Made by a program: the position numbers and the translations under genes | In this document: positions 1 to 9,290 of the stretch, one piece after another | Layout of the letters: every line of letters begins with the position of its first letter | Position numbering within the stretch: the stretch's first letter is position 1 | Assembly (NCBI GenBank): GCA_046594105.1 | Contig: JBKJQB010000010.1 | Location: 14,096-78,095, forward strand | Length of the DNA stretch: 64,000 nt | Direction of reading: 5' to 3' | From: Thermoanaerobaculia bacterium | Lineage (GTDB): Bacteria; Acidobacteriota; Thermoanaerobaculia; Gp7-AA8 | The notes under the pieces: generated by a model | The model's input: the letters and a program-made list of their open reading frames with translations, nothing else | What the model was told of the DNA's origin: nothing | The model's database searches: none

Positions 1-675
1 TACGCCGAGGCGGCCACGTTGCTGGCCATCGACCTTCAGCCAGTGAATCCACCGCCGGACCTCCGAGCGAGGGTACTGAGCGCCACCACCCGTGACGAGA
101 GCATTGACGAGAGCAACCTGATCGAGTCAGCCCAGCGATTCCGGATGAAGCCCTGGTGGCTGGCCACCGCTGCAACCCTGTTCCTCGCCTTGTGGGGCTG
201 GCGGGAACTGTCAGTGCGCGCCCTCCACGAGAAGGTGATCGAGCAGGATGCGGAGATCCGCCGCCTCAACGAGTCCAACGGCCGACTCTCCTCACACAAC
301 GAAAAGCTCAACTCGGAGATGTCCGAGATTGCTTCGCCGGAGACCAGAACGATTGCCTTGGCGGGACAGGAGGTTTCTCCCGCCGCCACCGCGCGTGTGT
401 TCCTCGAGCCCGGTCGCCGCCGTGCCGTCGTGTTCTTTTACAACATGCCGGTGAACCCGGGCGATAAGAGCTACCAGCTCTGGATCCTCCGCTCCGACTC
501 GCCGAAACCGCAAAGCGCAGGCGTGTTTGACGTCTCGCCCGCCGGCCAGGCCAGCATCACTGTAGAAAACCTGCCCGTCGACCTGCCGATCAAGGGGCTG
601 GCGGTAACCATGGAGCCACGAGGCGGCGGCGAGCAGCCCACCAACAGCAACTATTACGTGATGGGCAAGAGCTGA
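1..675 (+). CDS. Anti-sigma factor, RskA/ChrR-like C-terminal region; partial, 5' end lies outside the window
   Basis: The reading frame is open from nt 1 (TTG at 19 is only the ORF-caller start). The C-terminal part resembles the anti-sigma-K RskA domain: a single TM segment (WWLATAATLFLALWGW) followed by a periplasmic domain. Confidence 0.45.
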   Translation, partial: YAEAATLLAIDLQPVNPPPDLRARVLSATTRDESIDESNLIESAQRFRMKPWWLATAATLFLALWGWRELSVRALHEKVIEQDAEIRRLNESNGRLSSHNEKLNSEMSEIASPETRTIALAGQEVSPAATARVFLEPGRRRAVVFFYNMPVNPGDKSYQLWILRSDSPKPQSAGVFDVSPAGQASITVENLPVDLPIKGLAVTMEPRGGGEQPTNSNYYVMGKS

Positions 676-711
676 ACGCTCTTCAACGTTCGTCCACAGC
701 ATCGTTTCCGG

Positions 712-1485
712 TCACAACCCGACGATGCTGTAGCCGCAATCGACGTACATCACCTCTCCGGTGATCCCCGAGGACATCGGCGAGCACAGAAATAGCGCGG
801 CGTTGCCGATCTCCTCGAGCTCCACATTGCGCCGCAAAGGGGCCTTCTCTGCGTGATGCTTGAGCATCGTGGTGAAGCCTTTGATCCCGCGCGCGGCCAG
901 TGTGTTGACCGGTCCCGCGGAGATCGCATTCACCCGGACGTTCCTCGGTCCCAGGTTCGCCGCGAGGTACCGCACCGACGCCTCCAGCGAGGCTTTCGCC
1001 ACACCCATGACGTTGTAGCCCTCGACCGCCTTCACCGCACCGTGATAGCTCATGGCCAGGACCGACCCTCCGCCTGATTTCTCCATCAGCGGGAGCGCCG
1101 CGCGGGTCAGGCCGATCAGGGAGTACGAAGAGATGTCGTGCGCAGTCTTGAATCCCTCGCGGCTGGTGCGGACGAACTCATTTTCCAGATCCTCACGGGG
1201 AGCGAAGGCCACCGAGTGCACCAGCGTATCCAGACGGCCAAACGATTCTTCGACTCCGCGAAACGCAGCGTCCATCTCGCCATCCACCGTGACGTCGCAG
1301 GGTAGAAGAACCGAGCCTTCGATCGTGCTGCTCAGGGCCTCGACACTCTCCTTCAGCCGCTCGCCCTGATAGGTGAACGCCAGCCGCATTCCTTCGCGGG
1401 AGAGCGCCTGCGCGATGGCCCAGGCAATGGACCGCTTGTTCGCCACGCCGAAGACGATTCCTGCTTTCCCCTCGAGCATGCCCAT
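712..1485 (-). CDS. fabI: Enoyl-[acyl-carrier-protein] reductase (NADH) FabI
   Basis: N-terminus MGMLEGKAGIVFGVANKRSIAWAIAQ aligns with E. coli FabI ([26 protein letters not shown]). Full-length SDR with the Y..K catalytic pair. Start chosen at MGML. Confidence 0.9.
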   Translation of the reverse strand: MGMLEGKAGIVFGVANKRSIAWAIAQALSREGMRLAFTYQGERLKESVEALSSTIEGSVLLPCDVTVDGEMDAAFRGVEESFGRLDTLVHSVAFAPREDLENEFVRTSREGFKTAHDISSYSLIGLTRAALPLMEKSGGGSVLAMSYHGAVKAVEGYNVMGVAKASLEASVRYLAANLGPRNVRVNAISAGPVNTLAARGIKGFTTMLKHHAEKAPLRRNVELEEIGNAALFLCSPMSSGITGEVMYVDCGYSIVGL

Positions 1486-1524
1486 GCGGAAACTCCTTCT
1501 CGCGGATGATAGCAACCTTCGGCG

Positions 1525-1887
1525 CTACGGAATCGGTGTGGCGAGAGGCTCCTCGAGCCGGGGCGGCGTGTTGACGACGTAGCGCCGCACCTCAGTCTCC
1601 ATCTTCCCGGCCATCATCAGGAAGAGCATCCGGTAATCCGCGACCAGCGAATACACCGGGTGACCAAAACTCGCTGGCTTGTTCCTCTCCACGAACCAGT
1701 GGGCGTACCAGGCGAAGGCATATCCGACCAGCGGCACGGCGATCAGAAACCACAAGCTCACCGCGAATGCGATTCCCAGCGTGACCACAGACAACACCGA
1801 GCCGATCGCGTGCAGAACCCTCGTTTTCTCCCGGGCATGGGCGCGGACGTACTGCGGCCAGAACTCTGCGAAACTCAGAATTTTCAT
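1525..1887 (-). CDS. DUF962 (Mpo1-like) membrane protein
   Basis: MKILSFAEFWPQYVRAH... N-terminus and two TM helices, typical of the DUF962/YGL010w family. Start chosen at the internal MKIL. Confidence 0.55.
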   Translation of the reverse strand: MKILSFAEFWPQYVRAHAREKTRVLHAIGSVLSVVTLGIAFAVSLWFLIAVPLVGYAFAWYAHWFVERNKPASFGHPVYSLVADYRMLFLMMAGKMETEVRRYVVNTPPRLEEPLATPIP

Positions 1888-1950
1888 GGGTTGATGGCTG
1901 AAATTCTCCCACGGACCCGCGTGGCACTTCAATTGCTCGGTTTTTCAAGC

Positions 1951-2193
1951 ATGCCCAACGACTTCGAACAAACACTGAAAGACCTTTTCGGCGAGCCACT
2001 CAGCCGCCTTTCGCAGTTTCAGGGCGAGCAGATGCAGAAGCTGCAAACCAAGCTTCAGGAACTGGCGCGGGAAGCGATCAAGGAAGACCTCGGCAAGCTC
2101 CACACCGAGCTCAATGAGCTGCGGAGCCGGGTGGTCGTGCTGGAGTCCGAACGCCTCCAGAAGGCGGCAGACGGACTCCAGTCGTCGTTCTGA
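1951..2193 (+). CDS. Hypothetical small coiled-coil protein (80 aa)
   Basis: ATG at 1951. Heptad-rich sequence (KLQTKLQELAREAIKEDLGKLHTELNELRSRVVVLESERLQK). Convergent with the MglA-like gene. Confidence 0.35.
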   Translation: MPNDFEQTLKDLFGEPLSRLSQFQGEQMQKLQTKLQELAREAIKEDLGKLHTELNELRSRVVVLESERLQKAADGLQSSF

Positions 2194-2336
2194 GACAGGA
2201 AAGGTAGCGGTGGCCTTTCCTAGCGCCGGCTGGAAGCCGACGCCACGGCCGGCAAGGATGCCGGCGCTACGATCGCTTCGCTCAGGAACCACGGAATGAC
2301 GGATCGTTTACGACCGCACCGTTCACGCTCTCCAAC

Positions 2337-3386
2337 TCAACCCTTTGCCAGTGCCGCCTTCAGTTTCTGTTCGTGAGCTCGTGCTCGATCCAGTGCCTGT
2401 TCGAGCGCTCTGACCATCTCGGAGGCACCTTCCAGCACGCCGCTCATGTCGGGGAGATCCGGGCTGGCGTCGTGGGTGTCCTCACGCGGCGCCGCGAAAG
2501 GATTTTCCGCGGAGCTGGCATGTCCACTGAGGTCCTCGGCCTCGCCGAATGGATCGTCCTCTTCCGGCTCGAAGGTTTGCGCCGGCGAGGGGGCAGCGGC
2601 CCGCGGCGGAGTGGGGACGTCGGTCAGCGTGCGCCGGGCAGGCTCTGGCGATGGCGCCGGAGTCGTCGGGACAGGTTCTGCTGCGCCGCCGAAAGTATTT
2701 TTCATGGAGAGCTTCGCACTGCCCGCCGAGGAGTTGGTCACTCCCGCCTTGACGCTCATGTCCGGTCGTTGCAGCTCCGGTTCGTCGTACAGAACGGTGT
2801 CGACGTTGTTCTTGAGGTTGTCGAGAATGCGGGTGACCGCGGCGCGCAGCGTGGCCGTGACCCCGACGCCGGTGATGGCCGAGGCTTCCACGACGGCGGC
2901 GTTGCCGGGATGCAGGTAGGCGGTCATCTCGTCGACCGAGTCGACATTGGGCAGATCGCGTTTGTTGTACTGGAACACCATGGCCACTTTCTGCGGGTCG
3001 ATCCGGTTGAGTTTGAGGTTCGTCCGCAGATTCAGCAGGCTGTCGAGATTGGACTCATGCATGGACTGCTGCGAGTCCGCCACGAACACCACGCCGTCGG
3101 CGCCGCGCAGCACGAGCTTGCGTGTGGCGTCGTAGAAAACCTGGCCGGGAACGGTGTACAGCTGCACGCGAACTTTCTGTCCCGCGATCGTGCCCAGTTC
3201 CATCGGCATGAAGTCGAAGAAGAGGGTCCGATCGGTCTCCGTCGACATCGAGATCATCTTGCCCTTGTTGTCGAGTTTTGGGTTGGAGTAGATCTTCTCG
3301 AGATTGGTCGTCTTCCCGCACAAACCGGGGCCGTAATAGACCAGTTTGACCGTGATCTCGTTGATGGCCTTGTTGATCAGAACCAT
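2337..3386 (-). CDS. MglA-family small Ras-like GTPase with a long C-terminal low-complexity/coiled-coil extension
   Basis: P-loop YYGPGLCGKTT, switch II TVPGQVFYDATRKL, and G4 NKRD all present. Strong similarity to the M. xanthus MglA core. A ~170-aa Pro/Ala/Glu/Asp-rich tail ends in a coiled-coil segment. Confidence 0.8.
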   Translation of the reverse strand: MVLINKAINEITVKLVYYGPGLCGKTTNLEKIYSNPKLDNKGKMISMSTETDRTLFFDFMPMELGTIAGQKVRVQLYTVPGQVFYDATRKLVLRGADGVVFVADSQQSMHESNLDSLLNLRTNLKLNRIDPQKVAMVFQYNKRDLPNVDSVDEMTAYLHPGNAAVVEASAITGVGVTATLRAAVTRILDNLKNNVDTVLYDEPELQRPDMSVKAGVTNSSAGSAKLSMKNTFGGAAEPVPTTPAPSPEPARRTLTDVPTPPRAAAPSPAQTFEPEEDDPFGEAEDLSGHASSAENPFAAPREDTHDASPDLPDMSGVLEGASEMVRALEQALDRARAHEQKLKAALAKG

Positions 3387-3527
3387 GAACCGACTCCTCC
3401 TGGGGGACCGGTCACAGATTAGCACTACGACTGGCGCGGACCAGCCGCCGGCCCGGCGGACAAACCTGTTCCCGGAAAATTGGAGGCGATCCCTGCGCCG
3501 AAAGTGGCGGGTCCGGCGATCGGGACC

Positions 3528-4274
3528 CTACTGTCGCGCGTCCGTGGCCGTCGAATCCGCCGCCAGCACCTTCACCGAACCACCGCGCGCGAAGAAGGTC
3601 GAGCGGGTCAGCCAGTTCTTGTCCGGGTAGTAGGCGAAGACCGCGGTGCCGCCGCGCAGCGTGTTGATCACCTTGTCGGCGATCTCCTGGCGTACCGCAG
3701 GGCATCCCCAGCTGCGCCCGAGCCGGCCGAGGGCCCGGATCGCCTCGCCGCTGACGTAGGAGGCGCCGTGCATGACGATGGCTCGGTCCCAGGCGCGGTC
3801 GTTGATTCCCGCCTCGAGGCCCTTCAGACGTAGCGAGTAACCGTTGTGCCCGAAGTAGGTGTCCGCCGTGACGAACAGACCGAAGCTCGTGGCCAGGCTG
3901 CCGGGATCGTTGGAGAAGAAGGAGGTGACGTTGCCGCCGCTGTTCTTCCCATGCGCCACCAGCTCGCGGAACAACAGCTTCCGCGTGGTCAGATCGAACA
4001 CGAAGAGGCGAGGCTGAGACGAAGGCAGCGAGTAGTCGATCACCGCGAGAATGTTTCGGCGCGACACCAGGCCGCGTGCCCCGGCGCATCGAGTGGCATC
4101 GAGCGCCAGCGTGAGGACGTCGGCTCTCAAACCCGGGGCCTGATGGAGGAGCGTCGGAAGGATCGTCTCGGAGGATCCGTGCGTGCAGGCCGCAGCCGAC
4201 GCCGTCTGGGGAACCAGCAACAAGGCCAGCGCCATCGCCGAAAAGAATCGTGTCAATCTCGAAAAAGCTCTCAT
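3528..4274 (-). CDS. L,D-transpeptidase-like (YkuD_2 family) secreted protein
   Basis: Signal peptide MRAFSRLTRFFSAMALALLLVPQTASAA. Motifs HGKNSG...MHGASYV...SWGCPAV match the murein L,D-transpeptidase catalytic-domain family (H / G-C). Confidence 0.6.
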   Translation of the reverse strand: MRAFSRLTRFFSAMALALLLVPQTASAAACTHGSSETILPTLLHQAPGLRADVLTLALDATRCAGARGLVSRRNILAVIDYSLPSSQPRLFVFDLTTRKLLFRELVAHGKNSGGNVTSFFSNDPGSLATSFGLFVTADTYFGHNGYSLRLKGLEAGINDRAWDRAIVMHGASYVSGEAIRALGRLGRSWGCPAVRQEIADKVINTLRGGTAVFAYYPDKNWLTRSTFFARGGSVKVLAADSTATDARQ

Positions 4275-4425
4275 TCTTGAAAGTGTCTGCGTCCGGGACC
4301 GACCGTCAACAGTCCGTGGATGATAGCAAATAACCTGGAAAAGGCGAGACGAGCTACAAGGCAGGACGGCCTGAGCCACTCCGGAAGCCAGATTGTGCCG
4401 CTCACTTGGGGTACCCGGCCCTCAG

Positions 4426-5049
4426 TCAGTCCGAGCCCTTCCTCATCACCCAGGTGGTCATGCATCGGCTGTCCTGGACGACGGTGGTCTTGATCGGATC
4501 GACGAGGGTCCCGCCCAGTCTGGAAGTCCACTGCAGCAGCATCGGCTCATCGACCAGAAACCTCTCCGAGCCATCGGGAAGCAGAAACCGGCGGCCGGAT
4601 AGCAGACGACAGCGCGTCTCCATGCCGATGTTCGACGCGAGGCGGCAGAAGAAAAGACCATCGTCCGCAAGAAGACGCCACGTCCCCCGCAGCATCGCCT
4701 CGAAGTGCGCTTCATCTCTGGCAAAGTGCAGGACGGCGCTGCTGATCACGACATCGGCGATGCCATCCGGGAAGCTGTTGGATTCCAGAGGCTCCGCGCG
4801 GAAGTTCGTGGGAGGAAGTGTGGGGGCAAGTTCTGCCGCGAGCGCCTGCACGGCAGCGATCGCTCGCGCCTCGGAATCGATGGCCGAAACCTCAAAGCCC
4901 TCGCGCAGAAAAAAGGTCAGATTCCGCCCGCCGCCGCATCCCGCGTCCATCAGGCGCTGTCCCGGCTGGATGCGACCGCGCTGGATCTGATCGAACAGGT
5001 AGATGTCCATCTGCCCGAAAATCGCGGCGACGTCGGTCATGCCAAGCAT
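4426..5049 (-). CDS. Class I SAM-dependent methyltransferase
   Basis: Motif I LMDAGCGGGRN and the post-I acidic residue (SAIDSE). ~207 aa. Start at MLGM. Confidence 0.7.
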   Translation of the reverse strand: MLGMTDVAAIFGQMDIYLFDQIQRGRIQPGQRLMDAGCGGGRNLTFFLREGFEVSAIDSEARAIAAVQALAAELAPTLPPTNFRAEPLESNSFPDGIADVVISSAVLHFARDEAHFEAMLRGTWRLLADDGLFFCRLASNIGMETRCRLLSGRRFLLPDGSERFLVDEPMLLQWTSRLGGTLVDPIKTTVVQDSRCMTTWVMRKGSD

Positions 5050-5069
5050 TCTTGGTGGCCCGTGACCCT

Positions 5070-5489
5070 TCAGCGCCACCCACCGAGGATCAGCCCGGCC
5101 AGAACCGCCGACACCAGGTTGTAGCCGGCATCGATCAGCCACAGTCGCGACGGCCTGCTCGAAAACAACGAGGTCGTGAGACTGGTGGACGCCTGGAATC
5201 CGAGCCAGCACAACGCGCCGATCATTGCGCCCTTCATCGCATCCATGTAGCTGTAGTGATGCAGCACCACGGCAAGAGCGAGGGCCACCAGCAGGCCGCC
5301 GACAAACGAAATCAGCATCAACACCGGCATGGGAAGAGGGTTCGCCGCTTTCAGCTCTTCCGGGGTTCGGCCCTGCAGTGCGATCCACCGTTTCGCGAAC
5401 ATCACCGGCGAGTACCACAGCCCGCCCAGAATGAAGAGGACGACGGCCGTTACCAGCACTGCGAGGTAATTCATCTGGGGAAGATTCAT
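5070..5489 (-). CDS. DUF1761-like small membrane protein
   Basis: 139 aa with 4 predicted TM helices (MNLPQMNYLAVLVTAVVLFILGGLWYSPVMF...). Confidence 0.5.
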   Translation of the reverse strand: MNLPQMNYLAVLVTAVVLFILGGLWYSPVMFAKRWIALQGRTPEELKAANPLPMPVLMLISFVGGLLVALALAVVLHHYSYMDAMKGAMIGALCWLGFQASTSLTTSLFSSRPSRLWLIDAGYNLVSAVLAGLILGGWR

Positions 5490-5625
5490 GGAAGCCTCCT
5501 CGGGATCGGTTCGAGACTCCATCGTACTCTTCACCGGAAACTCGCTTCGACCCCGGTTTTGAGAAAAGCGGTGATTGTGTACCGGGCGGCAGACGCGCGG
5601 AACGCTGCGGTACGATCGCGCAGTC

Positions 5626-6819
5626 ATGGAATTCGACGTCTTCTTCTCGATCAGCCAGACCGACGTTCGCGGATGGATTCCCAGCGAACGGGAGATGTTC
5701 GAGCATTTCTTCGAGCAGGTGGAGCTGGCCGACCGCCTCGGATTCGGCACCGCCTGGATCGCCGAGAGCCACCTGTCGAGCGAGGTGCAGAAGGGCAATC
5801 CGGGTGCGGTCATCCCGCATTTCGTCGGAGAGATCGGGCTGAACACCGACATCCTGCAGCTCGCCCATCGCATCTTCGCCAGAACCAAGCGCATCGGCGT
5901 CGGCTCAGCGATCCTCAACATTCTCTGTAACGGCGGACCGATCGCCGCGGCCGAACGGGTGAAGACGTTCCTCACCCTCCATGGCCTCAATCCAGCCGAG
6001 GAGCGTCTGCTGCACATCGGTTTCGCCTCGGGGCGCTTCCCGTTCATCAACATCCCTTACGGCATCGTTCCGAGGAATCCGGTGGAAGAGGCCGCGTGGC
6101 CGGTGGTGAAGAACAAGATCTTCGAAGAAGCCACGGAGATTTTCTTGCGGTTGCTCCGAGGTGAGACGCTCAGCTCCTCAGACATCCATTCGCAGACGCT
6201 TCGGCGCGAGGACTTTCGGAGCGATGCCGACTGGCAGCGCGTCGTCGACGCCGCTGGCCACACAGCAGTGTTGCCGCAAGGGATTCCGTTGGAACGGCGA
6301 TGGATCTTTCCCAATTTGAAAATTGTGCCGCAGGAGCCGCGCCTGGAGCTGCTGCGGTTGCTGATCGGATCGCACGATCCGCAGGTGCAGGGCTTCGCGA
6401 ACACGTGGATGCCGGTCGGCGTCTTCAATCTCTCGATCACGCCGGGCGGCGAGATCGAGAAAACGAACGCCTCGATGCAGACGGCCTATCACCCCAGCGG
6501 CGGCGGCTGGCATCGCCGCCTCATGCCGCGCACGGTGCTGGTGTTCATGAACGAAGATCCGGACAAGGCCGCGGCAGAAGCGCGCGAGGCGCTGGCGAAC
6601 TACTGGAACGCTCTGGAAGGGACTCTGGATGAGGAGAAAGTGCGCAAGGCCACCGACAACGCGCTGATCGGCGACGGCCCGGCAATCCTCGAGCAGATGA
6701 TGAAACGCTTCCACCCCGAAGACCGGCTGATGCTCTGGTTCGACTTCAACAACCACGACTCGCGGCGCGTGATGAAGAACATGGCCGATTTCATGGCCGC
6801 GGCGAAATCGCTGGCCTAG
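5626..6819 (+). CDS. LLM-class flavin-dependent oxidoreductase (luciferase-like monooxygenase family)
   Basis: N-terminal ...FGTAWIAESHLS... TIM-barrel signature of the bacterial luciferase-like family. 397 aa. Start at MEFDVFF. Confidence 0.7.
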   Translation: MEFDVFFSISQTDVRGWIPSEREMFEHFFEQVELADRLGFGTAWIAESHLSSEVQKGNPGAVIPHFVGEIGLNTDILQLAHRIFARTKRIGVGSAILNILCNGGPIAAAERVKTFLTLHGLNPAEERLLHIGFASGRFPFINIPYGIVPRNPVEEAAWPVVKNKIFEEATEIFLRLLRGETLSSSDIHSQTLRREDFRSDADWQRVVDAAGHTAVLPQGIPLERRWIFPNLKIVPQEPRLELLRLLIGSHDPQVQGFANTWMPVGVFNLSITPGGEIEKTNASMQTAYHPSGGGWHRRLMPRTVLVFMNEDPDKAAAEAREALANYWNALEGTLDEEKVRKATDNALIGDGPAILEQMMKRFHPEDRLMLWFDFNNHDSRRVMKNMADFMAAAKSLA

Positions 6820-7079
6820 GCCGGCACGGCCGGCATCCTGAGCGAGGGCACCGTGTAGGAATCGCAGAGATTGATGGCGAGAAACGCGAACCTCCCGATC
6901 GAGCGTCCTTCTCCCCGCACACGGGGAGAAGGTCCGCGAAGCGGGGATGAGGGGTCCTGCTTCGTCGAGTGAGCGCCCCCTCATCCGGCCTTCGGCCACC
7001 TTCTCCCCGTTCGCGGGGAGAAGGAACTCTCGATGAAGATTGGTGGAAAGAAACCGAGTGCCATTGCGCCGCTCCGCTG

Positions 7080-7601
7080 ATGGCCTGGATGACACGACCA
7101 CCTCCCGTGCCTCACAATCGCGCAGCCATGATGATGACCTCCCTTCCCGATGATCTCCTGGACATCGCCACGCGCCTGATCGCGGCGACTGCGTGCGGCG
7201 GCGCCATCGGCTTCGATCGTGAGCTGCGGCACAAGCCCGCCGGTCTGCGGACGCACGCGCTGGTGTCCCTCGGCGCTTCGCTGGTCACCGTCCTCGTTCT
7301 CCGCACTGCTCCTGCCTTTGAGCACGTCGACGCAATCAGCCGGGTGATTCAGGGCGTGCTGGCCGGCGTCGGCTTTCTCGGCGCCGGAGCGATTCTGCGC
7401 AACACCGTCTCCACCCAGGAACAGGTCCACGGCCTGACCACCGCCGCCACCATCTGGGTCGTCGCTGCCCTCGGCATCGCCTGCGGTGTCGGCCAGTGGT
7501 CGGTCGCACTGATTGCGGTGGCCGTCGCGCTGTTCGTCCTGATCGCCGGCGGACCGTTCGAGCGTCTGCTGCATCGGATTTTCAAGAAGAAGGAACCGTA
7601 G
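7080..7601 (+). CDS. mgtC: MgtC/SapB family protein
   Basis: LLDIATRLIAATACGGAIGFDRELRHKPAGLRTHALVSLGA is the conserved MgtC N-terminal block, followed by 4-5 TM helices. Start is ambiguous: ATG 7080 (MAWMTRPPPVP...) or ATG 7128 (MMMTSLPDD...). Confidence 0.75.
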   Translation: MAWMTRPPPVPHNRAAMMMTSLPDDLLDIATRLIAATACGGAIGFDRELRHKPAGLRTHALVSLGASLVTVLVLRTAPAFEHVDAISRVIQGVLAGVGFLGAGAILRNTVSTQEQVHGLTTAATIWVVAALGIACGVGQWSVALIAVAVALFVLIAGGPFERLLHRIFKKKEP

Positions 7602-7799
7602 AGCGGCCGGCATTGGCGGTGCACCGAGCCACCCATGCCCGTTCGCTTTCGAACCTCCGGTTGCCTCTTCAGCATCATCGCCTCGGTGGTTCTGACCATC
7701 GCGCTCAACCTGATGCAGCGCGGTTGTCGCTAACCCGCTCCGTCTGAGATCCACCGCAAGCCGTACCGTTGAGTCGCCGCCCGAAGTACCATCGCTCGT

Positions 7800-9290
7800 T
7801 TGAACTCCACGGGACAGCGTCGCAGGATCGCGCTCGTCGCTGCGGGGGCCGTCGCCCTTCTCGCGTGGTTTCTTTTCCTGCTCTCGCGAACCTCGATGGC
7901 TGCGGCCGGTCCGGACGGCTCGGGCTACATGAACGAAGCGCGCATGATCTCCGACGGCCGCCTTCGCATGGAGATCTCCCCACTGCGCACGCTGGGGCTG
8001 GATCGCAGCTTCGCGAACGTGTTCACCCCTCTCGGTTTCAACGTTGCTCCCGAGGGCACGATGGTCCCCACCTATCCCGCTGGGTTCCCGCTGCACATCG
8101 CGCTGGCGGCACGACTGGGCGGCTGGAAGACCGCGGCGTTTGCCATTCCGCCGCTCGCCTCCGCCGGGTGTCTGCTGATGATCTTCCTCGTCGCTTCCCA
8201 GCTCGGGCTGGGACGCGGCTGGGCCATCAGCGCGGCGCTCGCCCTCGCCGCCTGCCCGGTGTATCTGATGCATTCGCTCCAGCAGATGAGCGACGTGCTG
8301 GCCACGTTCTGGACGCTGGTGGCCCTCTGGTGCGCGCTCCGTGCGAACGAACGCGCTGACCGTCGCATGCTGCTCGCGGCGGGGGCGGCGTTCGCCATCG
8401 GTGTGTGGGTCAGACCGACCAACGTTCTGGTAGCCCTGCCGCTGGCCTTCGCGCTGCGATGGCGTCCCTCGCGACTGGCGATCGCGGCTGCCGCGGCGCT
8501 GCCGTTCGCTCTCGGATTGATGTGGTGGAACGCAGCGCTTTACGGCAGTCCGATTTCGACCGGCTACGGAGGGTTCGGCCAGGTCATCGACTGGTCGGCC
8601 CTGAGAACCTGCCCTCCGCGCTACGGCACCTGGCTGCTGGAGATGGTCACGCCGTTCATTTTTCCCACCGGCCTGCTCGTGGTATTCGATCGACGAGTCG
8701 GACGATGGAACCGCTCTCTGCTCGGTGTCTGGTTCCTCACCTACTTCGCCTTCTACTCGGTCTACAGCGTCTGCGACTCCTGGACGTACACACGATTCCT
8801 CCTTCCCGCTCTTCCCGCCTTGATCATCGGCGCACTGTTCGTGATGCGGGATCTCCTCGCTGCGCTGGCGGGAGTGCGGTGGATCGCGGTCGCCCGTGGA
8901 GTGGCCATCCTGCTGATCCTGGCCACCCTCACACTGCAGATTCGGAGTGATGATCGCCGCGACCTCCTGCACACCCGGCGCGGTGAAGCGATCTACCCCG
9001 ACGTCGTGCATTTGACCGAAGCGACTGTTCCCCGCAATGCCATCGTCATCAGCGGCTTGATGAGTGGTTCGTTTCTCTACTACAAGGGCCGCTTCACGGT
9101 CCGATGGGATCAGATCGACAACGATCAGTTCCAGCTATTGAGAGCCTACGCCGCGAACGCCGGTCTGCGATGGTACGCAGCGTTGTCGGACGTGGAGTTG
9201 AGCCCGGAGGACCTGCCCAGGAGGTTCGACGCGCAGTGGAAGTCTCTCGGCAGAGTTCGTGACGTCACGCTATGGGAGCTGAAGGACTAG
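7800..9290 (+). CDS. GT-C fold membrane glycosyltransferase (GT39/ArnT/PMT-like)
   Basis: About 12 TM helices over ~496 aa. An early loop motif YMNEARM resembles the DE(A/S)R motif of the PMT/ArnT family with D->N. Start uncertain. Confidence 0.5.
   Translation: MNSTGQRRRIALVAAGAVALLAWFLFLLSRTSMAAAGPDGSGYMNEARMISDGRLRMEISPLRTLGLDRSFANVFTPLGFNVAPEGTMVPTYPAGFPLHIALAARLGGWKTAAFAIPPLASAGCLLMIFLVASQLGLGRGWAISAALALAACPVYLMHSLQQMSDVLATFWTLVALWCALRANERADRRMLLAAGAAFAIGVWVRPTNVLVALPLAFALRWRPSRLAIAAAAALPFALGLMWWNAALYGSPISTGYGGFGQVIDWSALRTCPPRYGTWLLEMVTPFIFPTGLLVVFDRRVGRWNRSLLGVWFLTYFAFYSVYSVCDSWTYTRFLLPALPALIIGALFVMRDLLAALAGVRWIAVARGVAILLILATLTLQIRSDDRRDLLHTRRGEAIYPDVVHLTEATVPRNAIVISGLMSGSFLYYKGRFTVRWDQIDNDQFQLLRAYAANAGLRWYAALSDVELSPEDLPRRFDAQWKSLGRVRDVTLWELKD

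Noticed and set aside
2373-3422. 349-aa plus-strand ORF
   Set aside because: Exact antisense of the MglA-like gene. Low-complexity translation.
6981-9011. 676-aa minus-strand ORF spanning the mgtC and GT-C genes
   Set aside because: Antisense to two well-supported plus-strand genes. The translation is Arg/Gly/Asp-rich low-complexity, typical of spurious ORFs in high-GC DNA.
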